From an uncultured Gemmatimonadales bacterium (GTDB taxonomy: Bacteria > Gemmatimonadota > Gemmatimonadetes > Gemmatimonadales > GWC2-71-9), in assembly GCA_963821525.1 (NCBI GenBank), contig CAWGED010000005.1, forward strand, positions 288,001 through 352,000: a stretch of DNA of 64,000 nt, in the 5' to 3' direction. The notes beneath the pieces were generated by a model. That model did no database searches and was not told the DNA's origin. It was given only the letters and a program-made list of their open reading frames with translations. This document shows positions 31,070-40,154 of the stretch, one piece after another (position 1 is the first letter of the stretch; every line of letters begins with the position of its first letter). The translations under genes and the position numbers were made by a program.

Positions 31070-32658
31070 GGCTGCGGTTCCTGCGCGGGGACGGCGGCTC
31101 CCCCCGTCTGTGCCGCTTGCCGCTGGGCTCGGACGTGCTCCAGGCGATACTCGGCCTCGAGACTCTCCCGATCTCGGCCGATCGTGGCCACCGCGAGTGG
31201 AACTCCGCCCGCCATGTAGCGCTCCTCCCATCCACCCTGCGGCAATCCGTGGTGTCGCTCGATCCCGTCCCAGCGCTCTGCGTGGCCCACGTAGTTGATC
31301 TTCGTGTCGTAGTGCTGGCTCCAGAAGAAGGGCACCGCGTCGAACGGCTCCCTTGCCCCCAGGATGTTACGCGCTGCGGTTTGGCCCTGTCGCTCGGCAA
31401 CCACCCAGTGCTCGACCCTGATGTGGCCTCCGGTGTGCGGGTCCGGCCAGCGCGCGATGTCTCCCGCGGCAAACACACCGGGCAGGCTGGTCTCCAGGAA
31501 CTGATCGACTTGGACTCCCTGGTTGATCACCAGCCCGGCTCGCTCGGCGAGGGCCGTAGCGGGCCGCACTCCGACCCCGATAACGACGACGTCCGCGGGA
31601 TGAACGCTCCCGTCATCCAGGGTCACAGCCTTCTCGGCGATCGATGCAGTGGTCCGTCCCAGGTGGAAAATGACGCCCTTGTCTTCGTGGAGCTTCTGGA
31701 TGTGGCCGCCCAGCTCCGGGCCGAAGACCCGCTCCAGAGGACGGCTGTCCGGTGCCACAACCCGAACAGCGATATCCCGTGCCCGCAACGAGGCGGCGAC
31801 CTCCAACCCGATGAAGCTTGCCCCGATGACCACGGCGTTTCGCGCGGAGCCGATCGACGCAATGATGGCGCGACAGTCAGTGAGAGATCGCAGGTAATGC
31901 ACATGGGGCTGGTCGGCGCCGGGCAGATTGAGTCGCACCGGACTGGCGCCGGTCGCGAGGAGCAGCGCATCGAAGTTGAATGAGCGGCCGTTCTCGAGCG
32001 AGAGCGTCTTGAGTTTGGGGTCCAGCCGAGTAACGGGGCTGCCAAGCTCCATCCGGATCTGCAGCCGCTCCCAATCCTCCCGCGGCTTGAGAGGCAGCCA
32101 ATCTTCCGGCGCGTTGCCCGCCAGATAGTCCTTGGAGAGGTTGGGCCGGTCGTACGGCTCCACTGCCTCGGCACCGATCATGGTGATCCGGCCGGGATAG
32201 CCCTCCTGACGGAACGTGAGCGCGGCCGCAGCACCGGCCGCTCCGGCGCCGACGATGACGATTTGCGCGGGAGTCTTCGGGGAAAGCGTGCGAATACTAG
32301 GTGTCGACACGGTTTGGGTCCGCTTCCCCGTGACGTAGATCATGCCGAGCTCATGCTTGATGTCGTAGCAGGGGATCGGCGACAGTGCCGGGGCTCGCAA
32401 TACCTCGCCGGTCCGCAGGCTGAAACAGGCATGGTGCAGGGGACAGCGCACGGTGTCATTCACCAGAACGCCTTCGTTGAGCGGCCCGCTGTAATGGGTG
32501 CACGTAGCGCCCACAGCGAAGAAGCGGGCCCCCCGACGAGCCACGAGGACCGCGTCATCGCCAAAGTGACCGAGCAGCATTCCATTATCGGGAATCCGAT
32601 CGTCCGGCACACCCTTACGGAGATCGGGGCCCGTAGCCTGATCCTGAGAGCTGGCCAT
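31066..32658 (-). CDS. Rieske [2Fe-2S] + FAD/NAD(P)H oxidoreductase (AIF-like)
   Basis: CTHY...CPLHHACF Rieske motif; IVGAGAAG, YDRPNLSKDYL, IGASFIGLE, AAGDIA and VPFFWS. Confidence 0.92.
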   Translation of the reverse strand: MASSQDQATGPDLRKGVPDDRIPDNGMLLGHFGDDAVLVARRGARFFAVGATCTHYSGPLNEGVLVNDTVRCPLHHACFSLRTGEVLRAPALSPIPCYDIKHELGMIYVTGKRTQTVSTPSIRTLSPKTPAQIVIVGAGAAGAAAALTFRQEGYPGRITMIGAEAVEPYDRPNLSKDYLAGNAPEDWLPLKPREDWERLQIRMELGSPVTRLDPKLKTLSLENGRSFNFDALLLATGASPVRLNLPGADQPHVHYLRSLTDCRAIIASIGSARNAVVIGASFIGLEVAASLRARDIAVRVVAPDSRPLERVFGPELGGHIQKLHEDKGVIFHLGRTTASIAEKAVTLDDGSVHPADVVVIGVGVRPATALAERAGLVINQGVQVDQFLETSLPGVFAAGDIARWPDPHTGGHIRVEHWVVAERQGQTAARNILGAREPFDAVPFFWSQHYDTKINYVGHAERWDGIERHHGLPQGGWEERYMAGGVPLAVATIGRDRESLEAEYRLEHVRAQRQAAQTGGAAVPAQEPQP

Positions 32659-32659
32659 A

Positions 32660-33160
32660 TCAGCCTTCCGAGAAGAAGAATCGAGCGTCCACGTCCTGTG
32701 CCTCCATCGCGCCTACCAGATCATCTACCGCCCGTCGAATGGCCCGAAGCCGTTTGCTGGACATGCCGCCGAGGCCATAAAGGAGCCGTCCCTGGGTTGG
32801 CTCCGGAGCTACCGCGCAGAGGCTCACCGCACGCTCGGTCAGCTCGATGCGCACGAAGCGACGATCGTTCTGCAAGCGCACCCGGTTGACCAGCCCCCGT
32901 CGCTCCAACCGGTCCACCAGGAGCGAGGCGCTGCTGGGGTGTATCAGGAGTATTTGGGCCAGCTGTCCTGTGGTGAGGGGGCCGGTCTTCGCCAGAGTCT
33001 TGAGCGCCCAAAGCTGGGGCGCGGTGAGGCCGTAGGTCCGGCGGACGTCGTGCGAATAGACCTCCAGGGCCCGAACGATGCGCCGGAGGCCTACCACGAT
33101 GCTGGTGATGTCCGGTAGGCGGGAGACGGCGGCAGGCCGCCGGCGGCTCAGGGCAGGCAT
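32660..33160 (-). CDS. MarR family transcriptional regulator
   Basis: GLTAPQLWAL, LVDRLERRGLV.R...DRR.V.I.LT winged-helix pattern. Confidence 0.9.
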   Translation of the reverse strand: MPALSRRRPAAVSRLPDITSIVVGLRRIVRALEVYSHDVRRTYGLTAPQLWALKTLAKTGPLTTGQLAQILLIHPSSASLLVDRLERRGLVNRVRLQNDRRFVRIELTERAVSLCAVAPEPTQGRLLYGLGGMSSKRLRAIRRAVDDLVGAMEAQDVDARFFFSEG

Positions 33161-33172
33161 GGATCGGAGGGC

Positions 33173-33196
33173 AGATGTATTGATATCAACATATCT
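33173..33196. promoter_or_regulatory. Candidate MarR operator (24-bp palindrome)
   Basis: AGATGTATTGAT|ATCAACATATCT, 10/12 symmetric, AT-rich, 12 bp upstream of the likely MarR ATG. Confidence 0.7.
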
Positions 33197-33277
33197 CAAA
33201 TAATCCCCGATTTCCCGCCACGGCAAGGGTGCCCCGAGCCTCTTACAGATCGCAGGTCGTCACTTACCTTTCAGCCC

Positions 33278-34456
33278 GTGAAACTTGCTCACCTTGCCGA
33301 CCTTCACCTCGGCTTCCGCCAGTATCACCGGCAGACTCCAACCGGTCTGAACCAGCGGGAAGCCGATGCTGCCGATGCGTTCCGCCGCGCCATCGATGGG
33401 GTCATTGCGGCCGCTCCCGAGATGGTGATCATCGCGGGGGACCTCTTTCATTCGGTCCGGCCCACCAACCAGGCGATTCTCGTCGCCTACACGCAGCTGC
33501 ACCGGTTGCGCGAAGCATTGCCCGCCTCGCCGGTCATTCTCATCTCGGGCAACCACGACTCGCCGCGGTCACAGGAGACCGGGTCGATCCTCCAGCTCTT
33601 CAAGACGCTCGACGTGGAGGTCGTGGACGAGGGCTCTCGCGCGATCTCGTTCCCGCAATTCGACCTTCGGGTGTTCGCGGTGTCCCACGAGGCGCTGGTT
33701 GGTTCCGCCCGTCCTGCCCTCCGGCCGGAGGGACCGGAGCGATACCAGGTCCTGGTGCTGCATGGCGAAGTCGAGGGCGTGTTCCCGGTCGATCGCTCCG
33801 CCGTCGATTTCGGAGGCGCCTCGTTGCAGCCCGACGAGCTGAATGGAGAGAACTGGAGCTACGTCGCTCTGGGCCACTATCACGTGCAGCACCAGGTGGG
33901 TCCTCGAGTCTGGTACAGCGGCTCGCTGGACTACGTGAGCACCAATCCCTGGGGAGAATTGCAGGACGAAGCCGAGAAGAGAGTGCAGGGGAAGGCCTGG
34001 CTGCTGGTGGATCTGGAATCCGGAGTCGCGCAGCGCATGCCGGTGCAGCTCGCCCGCCGGGTGATCGACTTGCCGCGGCTCGAAGGGATGGGACTGGTGG
34101 CCGAGGAGCTGGATGCCCTGGTCGCGGAGGCCGTTGCCGGAGTGCCCGGGGGCATCACCGACGAAGTGGTCCGGCAGGTAGTCCACAACGTCCCCCGGAG
34201 TGTGGGCCGTGCGATGAACTACCAGACGATCCGTGCCTACAAGGCTCAGGCGCTGCATTTCCAGCTCGATCTCCGACGGCCCGAGATCCAGCGTCAGGTA
34301 GGAGTCGGTTCTCCCGGTCGCAGACAGACGCTACCGGAAATCGTGGAGACCTATCTGAATGGTCGCGACCTTCCGCCCGGTGTCGAGCGTGACGCGCTGG
34401 TCCAGACCGGAACGCAGATCATGACCGCGATCGAGCGGGAGTGGGCCCAAGGCTGA
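33278..34456 (+). CDS. sbcD: SbcD/Mre11 nuclease
   Basis: HLADLHLG, AGDLFH, SGNHD, ALGHYH and YSGS. Confidence 0.92.
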   Translation: MKLAHLADLHLGFRQYHRQTPTGLNQREADAADAFRRAIDGVIAAAPEMVIIAGDLFHSVRPTNQAILVAYTQLHRLREALPASPVILISGNHDSPRSQETGSILQLFKTLDVEVVDEGSRAISFPQFDLRVFAVSHEALVGSARPALRPEGPERYQVLVLHGEVEGVFPVDRSAVDFGGASLQPDELNGENWSYVALGHYHVQHQVGPRVWYSGSLDYVSTNPWGELQDEAEKRVQGKAWLLVDLESGVAQRMPVQLARRVIDLPRLEGMGLVAEELDALVAEAVAGVPGGITDEVVRQVVHNVPRSVGRAMNYQTIRAYKAQALHFQLDLRRPEIQRQVGVGSPGRRQTLPEIVETYLNGRDLPPGVERDALVQTGTQIMTAIEREWAQG

Positions 34457-36882
34457 TGTACATCGAACGCCTGCGTCTCGTGAACTTCCGTCAGCACGAG
34501 GACACCGAGTTGGTCCTCGGCCCGGGGCTTACCGGGATCATAGGACCGAACGGCGCAGGGAAGACGACACTGCTCGAAGCGATCGCCTGGGGTCTCTATG
34601 GGGCCGAAGCGGCCCGGGGCACCAAGGAGACGATCCGCCGGCGAAGCGCCTCCCCCCGATCACCGGTCCGAGTCGAGTTGGAATTCAGCCTGGGACCTCA
34701 CCGCTATCGGGTGGTGCGCGGGCTGAGCACCGCGGAGTTGTATCAGGACGGGGACTCGACCCCGGTGGCTCACAGCCTGGTCGAGGTGACGGCGCGGATC
34801 GGCCGGATGCTCGGCATGGCCCGCGAGGAATTCTTCAACACCTACTTCACCGGTCAGAAGCAGCTCGCGGTCATGGCCGCGATGCGCCCGGTCGAACGGG
34901 CTCAGTTTCTTTCCCGGGTGCTGGGTTACGATCGCTTGCAGCTTGCGCAGGACCGAGTTCGGGAGCACCGCGTGTCGGTGCGGGCCCGGGTGGGAGCGCT
35001 TCAGTCGAGTTTGACCGATCCCGCTGAACTCGCGGCCGAGGAGGCTCAGGCCCAGGCCCGGCTGGAGGGAGCCCAGGAGGCTGTTGCGCGAGCGAAGGAG
35101 AATCACGAGCGCGCCGAGCAGCGGAGAGCGGAGGTCACGCCGCGCTGGGAGGCGAGCCAGCGGCTCCAGGAGCAGACTCGAGTTCTCGAGGGCGAGTTCC
35201 GGTTGGCGGAGCACAAGGTCCAGGCCGCCCGGGAGACCTTCCAGCGCCTGGATCGCCAGTTGGTTGCCGCGAATGAAGCGCGTGGCCGGCTCGAAGGGAT
35301 GCGGGCGTCTCTCGAACCGCTGGCCGCGCTCCGCGCCGAGCGAACGAAGCTCGACGGCGAGGCGGAGCGCCACTCGGTGGCCCGGGCAGCGATGGCGCAG
35401 GTGCTCGAAGTCCGTAGCTCTCTCACCCAGGTCGAGGAGCGGATCAATCGACTCCCGGCGCCTGAGGTAGTTACCCAGGGGATCGAGCGCGCCGAACAGG
35501 TGCGTCGCCAGCTTACCCAGGTCAGCGAGGAAGCCGAGGAGAAACGGACTGCGTGGGTGCGGGGTCTCCAGGACGCGAGAACCAAGCGAGAGGGTCTGCT
35601 CGACCAGTACAAAGACTTGAAGGAGCAGCAGCAGAGGATCACCGCCGCAGGCGCCGAAGGCATCTGCCCGACGTGCGCCCGTCCGCTCGGCAAGGAATAC
35701 GAGAACGTGGTCGGCATGCTGGATCGCCAGCTGCAGGACGTGCTCTTCAACGGCAACTACTACAAGCAGCGCATCGAACAGCTGGCGAACGAGCCGCCGG
35801 AGCTCCAGGAACTTGATCGCCAGATCGAGGCGCTGGAAAAAGAGGCTGCGACCGCTGCGGCCGAAGGTGGGCGGCAACAGGCGCTGGCACAGGAAGGCCC
35901 TGTGCTGGCCCGCGAGCAGGGGCGCCTGATCGCGCGGATTCGGGAGCTGGAAGAGGTCGTGGCTCGGCAACCGGCCGGATACGATCCGGCCCGCCACGGT
36001 GAGGTCCGCCGGCGCATCGAAGAGTTGGAGCCGCTGGAACTGCAGGCCGAGCGGCACCGGGCCATGGCAGAGCGGGCCGAGGTGCTGGTGTCAGAGGCTG
36101 AGGCAGCCGAGCGCGAGCTTTCGATAGTGGAAGCGCACGCCCTGGAATTGCGGCATCACATGGATGCGCTGGGCTATACCGAGGCCGCCTTCCTCGAGGC
36201 TCGGAGCGCACACGAGGCCGTCGAGCAGGAGCGCCGCGAAGCGGAAATGATGGGCATTCGGGCATTGGTAGAAGTCCAGGCCGCGGAGGATGGGCTGGCC
36301 GCGGTGTCCCGGCGGCGGGCCGAGCGGGCGGTGCGGGAGGAAGATCTTCGGCAGGCCGCGAAGTCACTAGCACTGCATAACGAGTTGGATCGGGCGTTCA
36401 CCGATCTGCGGACCGAGCTGAACCTGCAGTTGCGTCCCGATCTCTCGGAACTGGCCAGCGGTTTCCTCCGTGATCTGACCAACGGCCGCTACACCGAGAT
36501 GGAGCTGGATGAAGACTACATGGCCACGTTGCTGGACGGCGGTGAGGTCAAGCCGGTCATTTCCGGCGGGGAAGAAGACATCGCTAACCTGGCGTTGCGA
36601 CTCGCCATCAGCCAGATGATCGCGGACCGTGCCGGTCAGCCGCTCTCCCTCCTGTTCCTGGACGAAATCCTCGGCTCGCTCGACGAGGAGCGTCGCCTCG
36701 CGGTGATCGAACTCCTGCGGAGCCTGGCAGATCGCTTCCCTCAGGTGATTCTCATCACCCACATTGAATCGATGCGGGATGCCAGCTTCGATCGGATTAT
36801 CCGGGTCGAGTATGATGCGGAGCGTGGCGTGGCACAGGTGCGCGACGAGCCGGAGGGAGTGTTGGATGGCCTGGCAGCTTGA
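34456..36882 (+). CDS. sbcC: SbcC/Rad50 SMC-family ATPase
   Basis: GPNGAGKTT Walker A, coiled coils, CPTC zinc hook, ISGGE signature, LFLDEILGSLD, LITH; TGATG overlap with sbcD. Confidence 0.93.
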   Translation: MYIERLRLVNFRQHEDTELVLGPGLTGIIGPNGAGKTTLLEAIAWGLYGAEAARGTKETIRRRSASPRSPVRVELEFSLGPHRYRVVRGLSTAELYQDGDSTPVAHSLVEVTARIGRMLGMAREEFFNTYFTGQKQLAVMAAMRPVERAQFLSRVLGYDRLQLAQDRVREHRVSVRARVGALQSSLTDPAELAAEEAQAQARLEGAQEAVARAKENHERAEQRRAEVTPRWEASQRLQEQTRVLEGEFRLAEHKVQAARETFQRLDRQLVAANEARGRLEGMRASLEPLAALRAERTKLDGEAERHSVARAAMAQVLEVRSSLTQVEERINRLPAPEVVTQGIERAEQVRRQLTQVSEEAEEKRTAWVRGLQDARTKREGLLDQYKDLKEQQQRITAAGAEGICPTCARPLGKEYENVVGMLDRQLQDVLFNGNYYKQRIEQLANEPPELQELDRQIEALEKEAATAAAEGGRQQALAQEGPVLAREQGRLIARIRELEEVVARQPAGYDPARHGEVRRRIEELEPLELQAERHRAMAERAEVLVSEAEAAERELSIVEAHALELRHHMDALGYTEAAFLEARSAHEAVEQERREAEMMGIRALVEVQAAEDGLAAVSRRRAERAVREEDLRQAAKSLALHNELDRAFTDLRTELNLQLRPDLSELASGFLRDLTNGRYTEMELDEDYMATLLDGGEVKPVISGGEEDIANLALRLAISQMIADRAGQPLSLLFLDEILGSLDEERRLAVIELLRSLADRFPQVILITHIESMRDASFDRIIRVEYDAERGVAQVRDEPEGVLDGLAA

Positions 36883-37834
36883 TCGCGATCTCTACGGTCC
36901 GGAGCGGCCGACGGTCAGGGATATCGAACCCCTGAACCGGGTGTTCTCCGAGTCCTTTACCGATCGCTATCGGCGGGACGGGCTGCTCGGCGTCCGGGTG
37001 CCGCACCTCAATCCCCTGATCTGGCGCTATGCGCTGGAGGACGCGGGAGACGGGGCGATGGTGTGGCGCGACGGTGATGGTGAATTGGCAGGCTTCAACG
37101 TCGTGCACTTCTCGGGCAGCGAAGGGTGGATGGGCCCGCTCGCGGTGCGTCCCGACCGTCAGGGGATCGGTCTCGGCAAGGAGATGATCCGGTCGGGCAT
37201 CGATTGGCTGCACGAGAAGGCGGTGCAGACGATCGGCCTCGAGACCATGCCTCGCACTATCGAGAACATCGGGTTCTACAGCAGGCTGGGATTCCTGCCC
37301 GGGCATCTCACCATCACACTGACCCGGGATCTGCCGCGCAAACCGGGACTCGCCCCGGAACTCGCCTCACACGCGGCGGCAGCGCGGGTGGACCGCGTAC
37401 TGGAATGCCGTACGCTGACGACGCGGCTCGCGCCGGGCATCGACTTCGCCCGCGAAATCCAGCTCACGCTCGAGCTCAAGATCGGCGATGTCGCGCTGGT
37501 CCGGCGAGACGGAGGCGCGCTCTCAGGATTCGCGCTGTTCCACTCGGCGCCCCTCGCCGCGGGACGGCCCCAGGACGAGCTGCGGATTCTCAAACTCGTG
37601 GCGGAGGATGTGGAGAGTTTCGAGGCGGTGATCAGTGCGGCGGAAACCGCGGCGATGGGAATGGGCCTGCGGCGACTCAGCCTGCGCTGCCAGACGGGAT
37701 ACTGCAACGCGTACCTGCGACTGATCCAGGCCGGCTACCGCACCCACTGGACCGATCTCCGCATGACTCTCAACGGTCATCCCGAAGTCGTTCCAGCCGC
37801 CGGTGCGGTGGTGATGTCGAACTGGGAGATCTGA
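36866..37834 (+). CDS. Tandem GNAT acetyltransferase
   Basis: GPLAVRPDRQGIGLGK acetyl-CoA motif A, NIGFYSRLGF; overlaps the sbcC stop. Confidence 0.85.
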   Translation: MAWQLDRDLYGPERPTVRDIEPLNRVFSESFTDRYRRDGLLGVRVPHLNPLIWRYALEDAGDGAMVWRDGDGELAGFNVVHFSGSEGWMGPLAVRPDRQGIGLGKEMIRSGIDWLHEKAVQTIGLETMPRTIENIGFYSRLGFLPGHLTITLTRDLPRKPGLAPELASHAAAARVDRVLECRTLTTRLAPGIDFAREIQLTLELKIGDVALVRRDGGALSGFALFHSAPLAAGRPQDELRILKLVAEDVESFEAVISAAETAAMGMGLRRLSLRCQTGYCNAYLRLIQAGYRTHWTDLRMTLNGHPEVVPAAGAVVMSNWEI

Positions 37835-37844
37835 ACAGCAAAAG

Positions 37845-37922
37845 CGTGAGAAGTGAGAGGTAAGAAGTAAGAGGGTTGCCAGATTCGGCTACCGTCTCAC
37901 TTCTCACCGCTTACCTCTTACG
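37845..37922. repeat. Inverted (GTG/AAGAA/G) heptamer arrays between convergent genes
   Basis: cgtgagaagtgagaggtaagaagtaagag ... tctcacttctcaccgcttacctcttacg. Confidence 0.8.
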
Positions 37923-38103
37923 CTTTTCTCTCGTCTCCCGTCTCCCGCAGCCCCCACCACCTCACAAACAGCGCTCCTGCCAGCCCCAGGAGCAGGTGGA
38001 CGGCGCTGCCGGCGGGACCTAGCGGGAAGAGAAAAGTCAAGCAAATCCAGAGCGTGAGCGACAGCACAGCGGCCACGGGCAAGAGGGCCATCATGACCTC
38101 CAC
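37918..38103 (-). CDS. Small two-TM membrane protein
   Basis: Two hydrophobic helices; VHLLL motif. Confidence 0.55.
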   Translation of the reverse strand: MEVMMALLPVAAVLSLTLWICLTFLFPLGPAGSAVHLLLGLAGALFVRWWGLRETGDERKA

Positions 38104-38362
38104 AGTCGTGATTGACGATGACGGATCGAATTCCTATCTTGTGCATCGACGGCATCGGGGAGACCCGTTATTGAGCCAACAGGTCCGATGAAGGGCCCAA
38201 ATACCGTGACTGATGTCAGGCCCCCCGGGGGAAGACAGACGCTATGGTGAGGGCGCCAAGCATTCTCGTCGGGCTTCAATAAACCCTCTCCGATGTCGCC
38301 GTAGTTGCTTCGAGGCGCCGGCCCCTGGTCGGCGCTTCGTTGTTTATGGTCGTCGTTCAGGC

Positions 38363-38390
38363 TTGACTCCCGGTTGGTCGCTGGCATCTT
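38363..38390 (+). promoter_or_regulatory. Possible sigma70 promoter of the pterin operon
   Basis: TTGACT-N16-CATCTT, 26 nt upstream of the PTPS ATG. Confidence 0.35.
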
Positions 38391-38416
38391 CCACCACTCT
38401 TTGGCTGGATTGACCG

Positions 38417-38830
38417 ATGCCTCTCGCGGCCGTCACCCGGCGCGTCCATTTCAATGCGGCGCACCGTCTCTATAATCCGTCTCGCTCCGAGGAATGGAAT
38501 CAGCAGATCTTCGGTGTCTGCAGCAACCCCAACTACCACGGCCATAACTACGAGATGGATGTGACCGTCGAGGGGCCGATCGACCCCGACACCGGCTATG
38601 TCATCGACATCAACGTACTGAAGAATCTGGTCGAGGAGAAGTTGCTCAACCAGCTCGATCACAAGAACCTGAATCTGGATGTCACCTGGTTCCTGGAGTT
38701 GATTCCCACGGCCGAAAACATCGCTGCCGTCTGCTGGAAAGTGCTGGCCCCGGAACTCCCTGCCGGCCGCCTGCTGCGCATCCGTCTGTGGGAAACGCCG
38801 AGGAACTATGTCGAATACGAAGGTCGGTAA
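38417..38830 (+). CDS. 6-pyruvoyl-tetrahydropterin synthase, PTPS-II (animal-like) type
   Basis: [18 protein letters not shown] (CX5HGH), [16 protein letters not shown] and WETPRN. Confidence 0.88.
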   Translation: MPLAAVTRRVHFNAAHRLYNPSRSEEWNQQIFGVCSNPNYHGHNYEMDVTVEGPIDPDTGYVIDINVLKNLVEEKLLNQLDHKNLNLDVTWFLELIPTAENIAAVCWKVLAPELPAGRLLRIRLWETPRNYVEYEGR

Positions 38831-39404
38831 GCGAAGGCGTACCGGATCGTTCCAGGCCGAGGTCCGCACCATCCTGACGGCCCTGGGTGAGGATCCGGAG
38901 CGGCCCGGGTTGCTCAAGACCCCGGTGCGAGTGGAAAACTCGTTGCGCTGGCTGACCCGAGGGTACGAGATGTCGGTGGCCGACGCGGTGGGAGACGCGG
39001 TGTTCGAGGAGAACCACTCGAGCATGATCCTGGTGCGCGACATCGAGATGTATTCTCTCTGCGAACACCATCTGCTGCCGTTCTTCGGCCGGGCCCATGT
39101 GGCCTACATTCCGGATCGGCGTATCCTGGGCCTGTCCAAGCTCCCCCGCATCGTGGAGGTGTTCGCCCGGAGGCTCCAGGTGCAGGAGAGGCTGAGCGAT
39201 CAGATCGCCGACGCGATCATGGATGTCCTTCAGCCTCATGGAGTAGGAGTGCTCATCGAAGCGACCCATCTCTGCATGGCGATGCGGGGCGTCGAAAAGC
39301 AGAACTCCCGCACCGTCACCAGCGCGGTGCGGGGCATCTTCCGCAGCGACCTTCGTTCCCGCGAGGAGTTCCTCCGCCTGGTGCATGGACGTCCGTTCGA
39401 ATGA
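38808..39404 (+). CDS. folE: GTP cyclohydrolase I
   Basis: [33 protein letters not shown] and HLCMAMRGV. Confidence 0.96.
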   Translation: MSNTKVGKRRRTGSFQAEVRTILTALGEDPERPGLLKTPVRVENSLRWLTRGYEMSVADAVGDAVFEENHSSMILVRDIEMYSLCEHHLLPFFGRAHVAYIPDRRILGLSKLPRIVEVFARRLQVQERLSDQIADAIMDVLQPHGVGVLIEATHLCMAMRGVEKQNSRTVTSAVRGIFRSDLRSREEFLRLVHGRPFE

Positions 39405-40111
39405 GCGGTCTGGCAGGGCGGTTGGCGGTGGTGACCGGTGCGTCGCGCGGGATCGGTCTCGCCGCAGCGCAGGCGCTTGCCGCCGAGGGCGCCACTGTCG
39501 TTCGGCTGGCACGGAGTCTCAAGGACGGCACCCACGATCATTTCCGGGACGTGGCCTGCGATCTGACTCAGTCCGCGGAAGTCGTTCGGGCCAGCACGCG
39601 AATCCTGGGAGATTGGGGTACGCCCCAGATCCTGGTGAACAACGCGGGCGCATTCCTGCTCAAGGCATTTGACGCCACCGATCTTGCCGATCTCGATCAA
39701 CAGCTCTCGGCGAACCTCAAGGCCCCGTTCCTCGTGGCCCAGGGATTTCTTCCCGCCATGTCGGGCGCAGGTGACGGTTTGGTCGTCACGATTGGCAGCG
39801 TCTCGGATCATCATGCCTATCCGGAGAACGCAGCATACGCCGCGAGCAAGTACGGGCTTCGGGGTCTGCACGAGACGCTCGCCGCGGAATATCGTGGCAC
39901 CGGAGTCCGGTTTACTCTAATCTCGCCGGGCCCGACCGACACGAGGATCTGGGATCCCATAGACCCCGATCACCGGCCCGGGCTTCCCCATCGCAGCGAG
40001 ATGCTGCACCCGGAGGACGTGGGGGCGGCCGTGCTGTTCGCGGCGACCCGGCCGTCGCGTGCAACTGTAGAATGGATCCGTCTCATGCCCACGCCGGCAG
40101 GCGGGCGCTGA
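39401..40111 (+). CDS. SDR oxidoreductase, candidate sepiapterin reductase
   Basis: [13 protein letters not shown]...YAASK catalytic motif; ATGA overlap with folE. Confidence 0.8.
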   Translation: MSGLAGRLAVVTGASRGIGLAAAQALAAEGATVVRLARSLKDGTHDHFRDVACDLTQSAEVVRASTRILGDWGTPQILVNNAGAFLLKAFDATDLADLDQQLSANLKAPFLVAQGFLPAMSGAGDGLVVTIGSVSDHHAYPENAAYAASKYGLRGLHETLAAEYRGTGVRFTLISPGPTDTRIWDPIDPDHRPGLPHRSEMLHPEDVGAAVLFAATRPSRATVEWIRLMPTPAGGR

Positions 40112-40154
40112 GCCGTTGCCGAATCGAATCGCGTACTTCTTTCACCTGGACTCC

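Noticed and set aside
33278..36882. SMC-based anti-plasmid or anti-phage system (Wadjet/Lamassu)
   Set aside because: Canonical Mre11-type nuclease plus zinc-hook Rad50; no kleisin, KITE or effector genes.
38091..38413. ORFs 38091-38387(-) and 38213-38413(+), or an ncRNA in this gap
   Set aside because: No recognisable motifs or RBS. One hairpin (about 38312-38338) is insufficient to call an RNA.
38417..38830. queD (queuosine pathway)
   Set aside because: The motif is CX5HGH rather than CX3HGH, and there are no queC/queE/queF neighbours.
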